Source of the DNA: a virus
Taxonomy: Duplodnaviria > Caudoviricetes
Virus record (IMG/VR): IMGVR_UViG_3300028586_000026
Location: 1 to 57,813 of that record
Strand: one strand, 5' to 3'
Length of the DNA: 57,813 nt
Below, one piece after another: positions 35,505-44,185 of the stretch (its first letter is position 1; the number at the start of each line of letters is the position of its first letter). The notes beneath the pieces were generated by a model. It had not been told where the DNA came from. It saw only the letters and a program-made list of their open reading frames with translations, and did not search any database. Both the position numbers and the translations under genes were made by a program.

Positions 35505-36317
35505 CTACGGCTTCTGGAAATGGACGACCGGATCACGCAGGCTGGGCAGGAAAGCCGTGTCGATGACTTTGAAACCGGCCTTCGCAACGGCATCGCCCAT
35601 GAACTGCCGCCCGACGTAATAATAGCGGCCGGGAGCAACGACGTTCCACGTGCGAACTACCTCTGGCACAACCGCGCGCGACTTGATTGCTTCCTTGTCA
35701 TCCAAGAGAGCTTTTGCGGTGTCTCCGGCGTTCCCACCGATCGCTCGCGATAGAACGGAATGGATCATCAGGTTTTCGTTTGTAACCACGTTGTTCCAGA
35801 TATCCATGTCGGCATATTGAATGAAGCCGTGAGCGCCAGACTTCATCTTCTTGAACATGTTAGTAATGTACGCGGTCTGTATGTCCTCGGACATATGCAC
35901 GAACGCACCGCCGGACCACATGAAGTCTATGGACTGGTCCGCCACCATCGAGCAGCTCATGTCTTCGACCACGTAATACTGAAGCTTATGCGCATGCTCA
36001 CGCACCCATGCGTCGATGTTGTTGAACTCCCTCGTCTGCACGTCGAGCGCTACGACTGTTTCAGCGCCGCACTCAAGCAGCGCGCGCGTCCAAGCTCCGT
36101 GCCCAGGGCCGATCTCAAGGACTCTCGCGCCTGGGGGCATGTACGGCTTGATAGCAGCCCACATCAAAGCATGGTAAATCGAGACAAATCCGTTCGTCGT
36201 ATAGCTGCTCCAGCCCAATGGGTTGAGCGGATCACAGTCCATGAACCCGCCATCCCATAGCTTCGCGTCCTTGAAGCTTTGGAGTTCTTCGGACGCTTCG
36301 GCGCTATTCTGGCTCAT
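35505..36317 (-). CDS. Class I SAM-dependent methyltransferase
   Basis: VLEIGPGHGAWT, SIDFMWS, FVHM; lower GC. Confidence 0.85.
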   Translation of the reverse strand: MSQNSAEASEELQSFKDAKLWDGGFMDCDPLNPLGWSSYTTNGFVSIYHALMWAAIKPYMPPGARVLEIGPGHGAWTRALLECGAETVVALDVQTREFNNIDAWVREHAHKLQYYVVEDMSCSMVADQSIDFMWSGGAFVHMSEDIQTAYITNMFKKMKSGAHGFIQYADMDIWNNVVTNENLMIHSVLSRAIGGNAGDTAKALLDDKEAIKSRAVVPEVVRTWNVVAPGRYYYVGRQFMGDAVAKAGFKVIDTAFLPSLRDPVVHFQKP

Positions 36318-36497
36318 GTATCCAGTCCTTGGAGCGAGAGGTGCGGGTCTGACGACGGGCACTCCGGCTGGCTACCATACCGATAAGCGAGGCACCACCA
36401 ACCCACCGAAGCGCGGAATTTCCTCAGAGGTGGGTGAGATGGCGCCTGGTGTGCTATCCAGTCCCCTCGCCCTTCACGGGCACTGGGCCAGGTCGTC

Positions 36498-36851
36498 ATG
36501 CGCTCGCTTTTGCTCGCTGCTTCCATCCTGCTCCTGCCGGCTCCGGCCTCGGCGCTATGCCGGTGCACGTGCGTCCAGGGCGTTATGAGGCCGATCTGCC
36601 AACAGACCGATTTGATGGTTCCGATCTGCCAAGGGCTATGCGAGACCCAAATCCGGCAGGACCGCGTTGTTACCCCGTTGGCAGGCGGGAAACAGGCTTT
36701 TGAGCCCGTGCTGCCGTTCAATCCAGCGCCGGGTGGGCTCGTCTCGCCAGATGCAAGCTTGGACACCGCCCCGAACGGAACGCAGCTAGGCACGCCGGGC
36801 CAACTCTCGGGGAGCGTGGACTCAAGCTTGTCCGGCGGTGGCGGGCGCTGA
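36498..36851 (+). CDS. Secreted Cys-rich small protein
   Basis: Signal peptide ending ASA, then CRCTC...C...C..C. Confidence 0.7.
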   Translation: MRSLLLAASILLLPAPASALCRCTCVQGVMRPICQQTDLMVPICQGLCETQIRQDRVVTPLAGGKQAFEPVLPFNPAPGGLVSPDASLDTAPNGTQLGTPGQLSGSVDSSLSGGGGR

Positions 36852-36855
36852 AACG

Positions 36856-36886
36856 AAAAAACCGCCGCGGCGTGAGCCGGGCGGTT
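36856..36886 (-). terminator. Intrinsic terminator of late operon
   Basis: AACCGCCCGGC-TCAC-GCCGCGGCGGTT followed by TTTT on the minus strand. Confidence 0.7.
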
Positions 36887-37004
36887 GGGTAGAGAGACAG
36901 CGATGTCAACAGCTCAGATCCTCGTGTTCTGGCTCGGGACCTCTGCAGCTGGAGTCGGCTGGTACGGGACCGCGTGGTGGCTGGGGCGGCGGTAAGAGCG
37001 CCGG

Positions 37005-37559
37005 CTAGCACCACCCTCTCAGCCACGACCCTGTCAGGAATGGCTTCAGCGCGTCAGCAAGCCAGCGCAGGTCTGGTGACGCATAGGTCAGGCCCAGGAT
37101 CACCGCGACCACAATGAACCACGCCAGCCCGAGCCGGATCTGCGACCAAGTCGGCACATCTCGGCCGAACAGATTGGGCGTCGTGATCAGGATGAAGATG
37201 CCGGCCGCGATCAGCGTCACGAAGAACGAATAGACCGCGTTTTCGACGAGCTCGCGATCGAAGTCTGAGAACCGCCAAAGAAGCTGGAACAGCCCGCCGA
37301 AGCCCAGCCCAGCCATGATCAGGCAGTTGGCCAAAGCCGCCAGCAGCGGCGGGTTGGGCCAGCGATCGGCCTGATAGGCACGGACAGCGACGCTTGAGTA
37401 GACGATGAGGCCCATGAACGCGAGCGCGACCACCGACGTTCTGGCGCCTTCCGCCAGCGTCGTGGTCTGGGTGTAGTGAGCGACAGAACAGAACACGACG
37501 ATGTATCCGGCTGATAGCCACGTCAGCCGGTTGGACAAAAAGCGTTTAATGCCGATCAT
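37005..37559 (-). CDS. Multi-pass membrane protein
   Basis: About five hydrophobic helices. Confidence 0.7.
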   Translation of the reverse strand: MIGIKRFLSNRLTWLSAGYIVVFCSVAHYTQTTTLAEGARTSVVALAFMGLIVYSSVAVRAYQADRWPNPPLLAALANCLIMAGLGFGGLFQLLWRFSDFDRELVENAVYSFFVTLIAAGIFILITTPNLFGRDVPTWSQIRLGLAWFIVVAVILGLTYASPDLRWLADALKPFLTGSWLRGWC

Positions 37560-37818
37560 CGTGAACCTTGCCTCTGTCGGTCTCGCCGATCATGCCGCCG
37601 AGCATCAAGCGGATGCGGGCTTCGGTTGCCATTGCCCGTGTCGCATCAAGTACAACGCCCATGGACGCGCGATTATTGGCCTCCATAGCCTTCGTTCGGT
37701 TCGCAGATAGATCCGCCTCAGCCTTCAGGCTGGCATCGTTCGGACGCAGTTTCGGTCGTTCGGGGCGGTGCGCTGTATCGTGGTCCCAGAATGCGTTCAG
37801 CATGGCGCGGATCCCCAT
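37546..37818 (-). CDS. Hypothetical protein
   Basis: Coupled to upstream stop. Confidence 0.6.
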   Translation of the reverse strand: MGIRAMLNAFWDHDTAHRPERPKLRPNDASLKAEADLSANRTKAMEANNRASMGVVLDATRAMATEARIRLMLGGMIGETDRGKVHDDRH

Positions 37819-38351
37819 CAGCCGCCCCCGTTGTTAGACGCGCGCTGGCCTCCAAGGAGATTACGCACCAGAGTCGATAGCTGCTCGATGCCAGACCGAT
37901 ATTCGGCCAGGTTTCGATCCAGCATCTGTGCATTGTTGCTGGCCACGAGCGACACGCGATCCTGCTTATTAGCGAGTTCCTGGAGGGTGGAGGTCCGATC
38001 CGCCTGGGTCTGAGCGAACACGCTCATGGTGGCGGTCGAGTTGTTCAGTGCTGTGATGACGTTGCGAAGCTCATCCACGCGCTTGTCCCGCTCCGCCTGC
38101 AACTGACGCTGCCACTCGTCCCGGTCTTCGTCGTGAGCCTTTTGGGACGCCTCTCGATCGGTTTCAGCCTTCATTTTTTGTCGCCGCATCTCCCACCACA
38201 TCGCTGCGATGGCGAACCCCAGCAGCACAACGATTGGCCCAAAGATGCTGTCGGAGCTGGCGAGTTTTGCCGCCGCCTCCGCGACGCCGGGAGGCAAACC
38301 AGTCGGGATACCAGTCGGCACATCGGCTGCGGCTGTGAAGATGCGTTCCAT
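37818..38351 (-). CDS. Single-TM coiled-coil protein (holin-like)
   Basis: One TM then coiled coil; in lysis cassette. Confidence 0.55.
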   Translation of the reverse strand: MERIFTAAADVPTGIPTGLPPGVAEAAAKLASSDSIFGPIVVLLGFAIAAMWWEMRRQKMKAETDREASQKAHDEDRDEWQRQLQAERDKRVDELRNVITALNNSTATMSVFAQTQADRTSTLQELANKQDRVSLVASNNAQMLDRNLAEYRSGIEQLSTLVRNLLGGQRASNNGGG

Positions 38352-38516
38352 CCGTCAGGCTTGCGGTTGGCAGGTGATTTGACACAGGAAGGGCTCAGCC
38401 ATCGCTAGCGCGGTCCTTTCGCGTTGGTGGTGGTCAGAGAGGCCGGCTGATGACGCTGCCAGGCTGACAGTCGGCCTCTCGCTGCATCGCCATTGGCCCG
38501 GCGACGGCGGTTCAGA

Positions 38517-38717
38517 TCAGCGCGAGGAGCGATCCGCGCACGTCGCCCGCCAGATCGCGTTGATCGAACGCAGCCGCCGCCGGGTTCTCGGATCATCCGT
38601 GCGCGCGTACTGCACAGGCGAGGTCATCACCGCGCACAGCCGGGCGGCCGGCAACGCCGACGCATCGAGGTCGCAGTGCAGGATGGCGAGCCCGAGGGCG
38701 AAGCCGATGCAGGTCAC
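38517..38717 (-). CDS. Putative o-spanin-like protein
   Basis: Hydrophobic N-terminus, C...P...D...N..W...C pattern. Confidence 0.5.
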   Translation of the reverse strand: MTCIGFALGLAILHCDLDASALPAARLCAVMTSPVQYARTDDPRTRRRLRSINAIWRATCADRSSR

Positions 38718-38962
38718 GAGGTCGCCTCCGGGAGGAGATCTGCGGGATTGTCGAGGCCGTCGACCGCTGCGTCACCAGCGGCCAGGGCCTTGGCCTCCTG
38801 CGCCTCGGCAGCGGCGGTCGAGGCGTTCGCCTGTGCCGCCGCGCCGAGGTCGCGCTGATCCTGGTCGTGCCGCAGGCTGTCGACCTCCTTCACGATGGCG
38901 TCCGAGAACGTCCTCGCGAGGAGGCCGAGCAGTGCGCTCAGCAGGGCTGAGAGGCTGAACAT
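38714..38962 (-). CDS. Putative i-spanin-like protein
   Basis: N-terminal TM plus Ala-rich helix. Confidence 0.5.
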   Translation of the reverse strand: MFSLSALLSALLGLLARTFSDAIVKEVDSLRHDQDQRDLGAAAQANASTAAAEAQEAKALAAGDAAVDGLDNPADLLPEATS

Positions 38963-39492
38963 CAGCCGGCCGCGACCGGCGCAGTGGTGGTCGGGCCCGC
39001 CGCCGTCGGGGTCGATGTGGCCAGTGACGCACCATCCTCTACCGGCAGGAGCGCGATGATGTGGTCACGGATCGCATTCACGCCACCGGTCCACGACAGC
39101 AGCCAGCCGGGGGTGTGCTCGACGACGTAGTTCAGGGCGTTGGCCAGCACCGCGTTGCCGACGTCGAAGGTGAGCGCCTTGTCCTTGGCCGCGCCCGCCA
39201 CCGTGTTTACGCCGAAGCTGATCGCCTTCTCGACGAGCTGCTGGGTGATGAGGCCCTTCACGATCGCGCCGATGCTGGCGGGGAGCTTGCGCAGACCCCA
39301 GGTGACGGCCGCCATGACGAGGGCGGTGACGATCTCGACGGCGGCCGAGGCGTAGGAGGCGATCCAGGTGCCGAGCGGCACAGTCACGATGGCAGTGTCC
39401 GTCGCCGGCTGAGCGACGGTGGCCGCGGTCTGGGCCAGGACTGGAGAACAGACGCAGGCAAGCGCCAGCGCCGCGAGAATGATGCGGTTCAT
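38962..39492 (-). CDS. Membrane protein with signal peptide (holin-like)
   Basis: MNRIILAALALACVCSPVLA/Q followed by a TM segment. Confidence 0.6.
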   Translation of the reverse strand: MNRIILAALALACVCSPVLAQTAATVAQPATDTAIVTVPLGTWIASYASAAVEIVTALVMAAVTWGLRKLPASIGAIVKGLITQQLVEKAISFGVNTVAGAAKDKALTFDVGNAVLANALNYVVEHTPGWLLSWTGGVNAIRDHIIALLPVEDGASLATSTPTAAGPTTTAPVAAG

Positions 39493-39581
39493 GTCGGATC
39501 TCGATGTCAGGGGTTGCGCGGCTGGCCCGGCCGGCTCGGGTCGAACTATCGCGGGATCCGCGGGACTTGGATCAGGGCGCG

Positions 39582-39725
39582 CTAGCGACGCCCGTTCAGA
39601 CGTCCGACAGAGGACTGAGCCTTATCTCGGCCGAACACGATGCCCTCGATCATGCCGCCCAAGAAGATGCCGGCGATACTCATTGCCGGGAACGCCAGGA
39701 TGAAGAAGATGACGTAGTTGCTCAT
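39582..39725 (-). CDS. Small membrane protein (47 aa)
   Basis: TGATG-coupled to endolysin; single TM. Confidence 0.5.
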   Translation of the reverse strand: MSNYVIFFILAFPAMSIAGIFLGGMIEGIVFGRDKAQSSVGRLNGRR

Positions 39726-40423
39726 CACGCCTCGCTGACACCGGCCTTGGCGCCCGCCACTGTGGTCGGCAGCTTCGAGGCGGTTGGCAGCGGCATGTCG
39801 GCCGGCCACCGGAACGAGGTGATCTCGGAGCGCTTGAAGGTGGCCACGTTCACCGCGTCCGCCTGGTTGCCGCCCAGGCCGTAGACGTGCGTCTTGTCCG
39901 CCCCGACGATGAAGAAGACGTGCCCCTGCCAAGAGGAGTTGCCGCGCTTCTTGGTGGCGACACAGCCCAGCACGGGCTCCTTCAGACCGACGCCCCATCC
40001 CTCGTAGGATCGGGCGGCAAGGCTGCCGGACGGCGTGTGACCGGATCGTTCGAGCATGGCGCCGACGAAGGCTGCACACCAGGATGTCGCGTCGTCCTTG
40101 ATGCCAGCGAAGCCAGCGTCCTTGAAGTAGGCCACCACCTTCGGGTTGTTCGCCTTGCCGACACCCTCGTGGGTGCCTTGCTCATGGCTGGCCAGCGCCA
40201 GCCACGACGGCATGGCCGGCTCAGCCTTCTGCTGAGTCACGTCGGCCGTGCCGAGTGCCCTCACGGTTAGCGGGCCGGCGATGCCGTCCGCGTGCAGGCC
40301 GGCCGCCTTCTGGAATGCGGTCAGCGCCGCGATCGTCTTCGGGCCCGCGTCGCCGTCTGCGCCGGCTTTGCCCAGGTCGTACCCGCGCGCCAAGAGAGCG
40401 CGCTGGATTTCAGCCACGGTCAT
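39725..40423 (-). CDS. Endolysin: PG-binding domain + TIGR02594/CHAP-like peptidase
   Basis: DGDAGPKT...FQ...DGIAGP, WCAAFV, GHVFF, LGGNQ. Confidence 0.88.
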   Translation of the reverse strand: MTVAEIQRALLARGYDLGKAGADGDAGPKTIAALTAFQKAAGLHADGIAGPLTVRALGTADVTQQKAEPAMPSWLALASHEQGTHEGVGKANNPKVVAYFKDAGFAGIKDDATSWCAAFVGAMLERSGHTPSGSLAARSYEGWGVGLKEPVLGCVATKKRGNSSWQGHVFFIVGADKTHVYGLGGNQADAVNVATFKRSEITSFRWPADMPLPTASKLPTTVAGAKAGVSEA

Positions 40424-40463
40424 GTCGTCCTCACGATTTCAGGGATGGTGAAGTCTCTGCGGC

Positions 40464-41957
40464 TCAGAGCCGGGTGACGCTGTACGTGCCGCCCATGCAG
40501 CGGATCTGCGCGTCGAGTTGCGAACCCGCGGCTGACGGCACGAAGTTGGTGCTGATCGTCACGTCTCCGGTGCCGGCAATGGGCGTCGCTGTGATCGAGA
40601 AGAACTGCGGTAGAGCAACGGTACTGGCCGGAGACCCGACAACCACCGCGTTCGGTGCGCCGCCGCCGTTACGACCGATCAGGAAGGTCGTCTCCGTCAC
40701 GCCGCCAGCCAAGCCAGCGACGAGGCCGGAGACTACGACCGTGCACGACGTGCCAGTGTAGGGGTTCAGGCCGTCGAGGGTGACGGTGAACAGTGACTTC
40801 GTCTGCTGACCGGTGGCCGCAATTTGCCCCGGGACCAGTACCTTGCCCGCCCGCCGCTGGTCCGCGAGCTGGTCGTCGATCAGGCTGCTGGAGACCGGCG
40901 GGTATTTCATCTCCACGCCGCCACCGATATTGTTGCCGGTGAACGAGATCCGCGCGAAGGCCGGGGCGTTGGGCGCGAAGTCGAACGGCACGTTCATGCC
41001 CGCGTCGAGCTGCGAGCCCGAGACGAGGATGTTGTTGCGGTAGCTCGTGACGGCGTCGACCTTGATCAGCCGCGAGCCGTTTCCGCCGAAGTGGCCGCCG
41101 TTGATGACGATGTCACCGACCACGCCGGCCTTGTAGTAGAAGACCGCCGCATCGGGTGTGGTGAAGGCGGTCTTGATGTTGCTGTACGTGGTGCCCGTGC
41201 CCGAGCCGAAGTTCCAGAGCCAGCCATAGATCGCATCCCGCGACCCCGAGCGGATGGTGATGTCGTTGAAGGTGAGCCAAGCCGCGTTGCTCTCGGCGCC
41301 GAACTCGGTCTGGCGCGTATCCTTCTGGATATCGAAAGCAGCATACAGACTCTCGAAGGTCAGGCCGCTGAAGTGGTTGTACTGAAAGAAGTTCTTGTTC
41401 CCGCCTCCGAACACGAAGCCGCGCGAGGCACTGTAGTCCGCGCTGGGGGCGAACTGCCCCCGCAGCGTGAAGCCGGTGATGAGGGAGTTCCCGACTTCCG
41501 CCTGGTCAGCGACACCGCCGGGCCCGTTGGTATCCCAGATGAAGATCGGGCCGTTGAAGGCGCCGACGAGGATGGACTTGGACTGGCCGTCGCCCTGCAT
41601 CGTCTGACGGCCGGAGACCTTGAGGCTCCCGCCGATGACACACAGGTCCTTGCCGCCGATGTGCACCGGACGTCCGCTGATCTTAGCGACGTCGAACGCC
41701 TTCTGATACGCGGCTCGGTCATCACTGCTGCCGTCGCACTTGGCCCCGTACCACTGCGCGTAGATCGGGAAGTCGGCGAGGACACCCGAGAGGGCGCGCT
41801 TGATCGTGTTGGGTCCGAGCCCATTGAGGATGACGTCGTTGACCGGCGGCGCATCCATCGCCGGCGAGCGCAGGTTCGGCACGTAATCCGCGTGCACCGG
41901 AGCGACAGCGAGAAGGGCGGCGCTGGCAGCAGCAACGGCGCGGTCGAGACGATGCAT
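40464..41957 (-). CDS. Beta-helix (pectate-lyase-like) depolymerase/tailspike
   Basis: YGAKCDGSSDDRAAYQKA motif and Gly/Asn beta-helix pattern; signal-like N-terminus. Confidence 0.75.
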   Translation of the reverse strand: MHRLDRAVAAASAALLAVAPVHADYVPNLRSPAMDAPPVNDVILNGLGPNTIKRALSGVLADFPIYAQWYGAKCDGSSDDRAAYQKAFDVAKISGRPVHIGGKDLCVIGGSLKVSGRQTMQGDGQSKSILVGAFNGPIFIWDTNGPGGVADQAEVGNSLITGFTLRGQFAPSADYSASRGFVFGGGNKNFFQYNHFSGLTFESLYAAFDIQKDTRQTEFGAESNAAWLTFNDITIRSGSRDAIYGWLWNFGSGTGTTYSNIKTAFTTPDAAVFYYKAGVVGDIVINGGHFGGNGSRLIKVDAVTSYRNNILVSGSQLDAGMNVPFDFAPNAPAFARISFTGNNIGGGVEMKYPPVSSSLIDDQLADQRRAGKVLVPGQIAATGQQTKSLFTVTLDGLNPYTGTSCTVVVSGLVAGLAGGVTETTFLIGRNGGGAPNAVVVGSPASTVALPQFFSITATPIAGTGDVTISTNFVPSAAGSQLDAQIRCMGGTYSVTRL

Positions 41958-41991
41958 GGGCGTGTCCTGATAGGCTGGGCGCGGCGGGCGG

Positions 41992-42855
41992 TCAGTTCGC
42001 TGACAGTGCGACCGAAGCGAAGGCGTTCATCGAGGCCACGCTACCGTTCTGCAGGAAGGCGCGGTAGCGCGTGCCCGTCGCGGTGATCGGCACGGCGTAG
42101 GAGCGGCCGGTCACAAGCTCGCCGGCGGTGTAAGTGCCGGTCGCGATCACGAAGGCGATCGACTGATCCGCGTTGGACACCTGCACGGTGTAGGTGCCGT
42201 CTTGGGCCGAATAGAACGCCCAGTTCACGTAGGTGTACGCGCTGGGGCTCGCCCCAAGGTTCACGAACGTGGCCTCTCCGAGGTAGCCACTGGCGGCCAG
42301 ATTCGCCGAGTAGGTAACCTGATAGAGCTGGCGGCCGACGATCCCCTGGTAGATCGACGAGAGCCATCCCGTGATGCCGGTGCCGCCCGCGGGCATGCTC
42401 GTGCCGGTGATCGGAGCGCCGGCCGGCTCGATGTTGGCGAGGTCCAGGGCCGGCGTCACGGAGCGCGACGCCGCCTTCGGCTGGCTGCCGATCACGGGCG
42501 TCTTGCCCTCGATCAGGGCGAGGATGGTGTTGGCGGTCCCCTGGTTGGTGGCCGTCGAGGCATCCGAAGGCAGCGGGAGAGTCGCGGCAGAGATCGGCTG
42601 CGTCACCCCGGAGCCGTCCGTCTTCACGGCCACGGTGTTTCCACCGACCGGCTGCACGAACACAGGGTTGGTGGATGTGACGGCAGCGCCGCCGATACGC
42701 AGATCCGCGCCCACGGCCGCACCGGGCACCCAGGTGACGGGCCAAGGCGCCGAGCCCGCCTTACCCTGGTCGACGGTGTAGGTGGGCTGCTGCTGCGCCA
42801 ACGCGGGCGCAACCAAGCAGGCAAGCGCCATCAGCGCCAGGATGATCTTGCGCAT
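41992..42855 (-). CDS. Signal-peptide-bearing tail-region protein
   Basis: MRKIILALMALACLVAPALA/QQQ; GWLSSIY motif; beta-rich C-terminus. Confidence 0.7.
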   Translation of the reverse strand: MRKIILALMALACLVAPALAQQQPTYTVDQGKAGSAPWPVTWVPGAAVGADLRIGGAAVTSTNPVFVQPVGGNTVAVKTDGSGVTQPISAATLPLPSDASTATNQGTANTILALIEGKTPVIGSQPKAASRSVTPALDLANIEPAGAPITGTSMPAGGTGITGWLSSIYQGIVGRQLYQVTYSANLAASGYLGEATFVNLGASPSAYTYVNWAFYSAQDGTYTVQVSNADQSIAFVIATGTYTAGELVTGRSYAVPITATGTRYRAFLQNGSVASMNAFASVALSAN

Positions 42856-42893
42856 GGAATCGGTCCAATGGTGAGAAGGTGAGGGTCGGGCGA

Positions 42894-43556
42894 TCAGCCG
42901 GTGGTCACAAAGAAGCTCGTGCCGGCGGTCGAGAAGACGCTCAGCGCCCCGGTCGGGCACTTATCGTCGAAGCGCTCGGACTCACCGGGGGCCAGGATAT
43001 GGCCGGTCAGGGCGTCAGCGGCTCCGCCAAAGCGGTAGGCCATCGGGTTGGCACCCGTGTTGGTGACCATCAGGAAGCGGCGATCTGGATCCGCCTCAAG
43101 CGGCGTGGCAGCAGCCCCAGCGATCGCATTCCCCTGCACGTCGGTGGTATTGATGCTGCCCGATGGGATAACGCTCAGGCTTCCGCCGAGGCGTGCGTAG
43201 ATCCCCGAAAGCCACCCTCGGATGCCGACCGCGCCATCAGGAGGTGCGACGCCCGTCGCGTCTGTGCCATCCTGCGCGGCGCCGGGCGGGAGCGGCTGCG
43301 TCCCATCCTCGTAAAAGAAGGCGAGCCGATCGGTCGAGCTCATGCCACCGGTGAAAGCTTCCAGGGTCAGCACGCCGTCGGCGAAGGCGGTGAACCCCAG
43401 CCCATCGCCCTTCACGGCATAAAGCGGCGTCCGCTTGTCGACGTTGATGACCGCGAGCAGGTATTCGAGTCGGAAGGCGGCGCCGACGCTCGATTGCGAG
43501 AAGTCGAGGCGGTTCTGGGACGGCGCGAAGATGACGCCGGTGAGGGGCTTCTTCAT
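42894..43556 (-). CDS. Tail-region protein
   Basis: GWLSGIY motif; beta-sandwich-like C-terminus. Confidence 0.65.
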   Translation of the reverse strand: MKKPLTGVIFAPSQNRLDFSQSSVGAAFRLEYLLAVINVDKRTPLYAVKGDGLGFTAFADGVLTLEAFTGGMSSTDRLAFFYEDGTQPLPPGAAQDGTDATGVAPPDGAVGIRGWLSGIYARLGGSLSVIPSGSINTTDVQGNAIAGAAATPLEADPDRRFLMVTNTGANPMAYRFGGAADALTGHILAPGESERFDDKCPTGALSVFSTAGTSFFVTTG

Positions 43557-43566
43557 CGGTGCACCT

Positions 43567-43818
43567 TCAGCCGTAGATCAGGGTGTCGAGGAACACGTCG
43601 TCGACCACGCCGTCGATGCGCGTGTTGACCGTGTCGATGGCGGTGCTCAGCCCCTCCAGGGTGTTCCGCTCGACGGCGACATTGCCCCGGATCTCGCGCA
43701 GCGCCTCCAGGACAGTGCCGGTGGAGAAGGGGGCGACGACGCGCACGACCCACGGAGTAAGCCGCCGCTGCTGCGCCGCGAGGTCGCCGCTGGGCAAGGT
43801 GATCAGCGCATCCGACAT
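43567..43818 (-). CDS. Tail-region small protein
   Basis: Coiled-coil-like. Confidence 0.6.
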   Translation of the reverse strand: MSDALITLPSGDLAAQQRRLTPWVVRVVAPFSTGTVLEALREIRGNVAVERNTLEGLSTAIDTVNTRIDGVVDDVFLDTLIYG

Positions 43819-43822
43819 CCGC

Positions 43823-44185
43823 TCAGCCCTGGATCTGGAGGAAGCCGTCGAGATACGGCGTGATCACCCCGTCAGCGTCCGTGACGGAGACGTGATAGGG
43901 GACGACTGCGCCCGCCGGGCAGGCGTCGAGCTCCGCCGGCAGGACCGGGCAGAAGATCACGTCGAGGCGCAGATCGTGGGTGAGGCCGCCGCCATCCGCC
44001 GTCGTGCGGGAGACCGTACCCGTCGGTGCCGGCCACTCTACCGTGACGGTCACCACCTGCCCGGGCTGCGGGATGCGCTTGATCTCCAGGCTGATGATGT
44101 CCTGGCCTTCGAGCTGCACGCCGAAGGGAAGCGGCGTCGCCCCCTTGCGGTAGACCAGCGGGAGAGGATCCTGCGCGGCGATCAT
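43823..44185 (-). CDS. Tail-region protein
   Basis: ATGA overlap; beta-rich. Confidence 0.6.
   Translation of the reverse strand: MIAAQDPLPLVYRKGATPLPFGVQLEGQDIISLEIKRIPQPGQVVTVTVEWPAPTGTVSRTTADGGGLTHDLRLDVIFCPVLPAELDACPAGAVVPYHVSVTDADGVITPYLDGFLQIQG

Noticed and set aside
35505-36317. Fourth DNA methyltransferase or restriction-modification system
   Set aside because: Lacks DPPY/NPPY or PC motifs; looks like a small-molecule or glycan methyltransferase.
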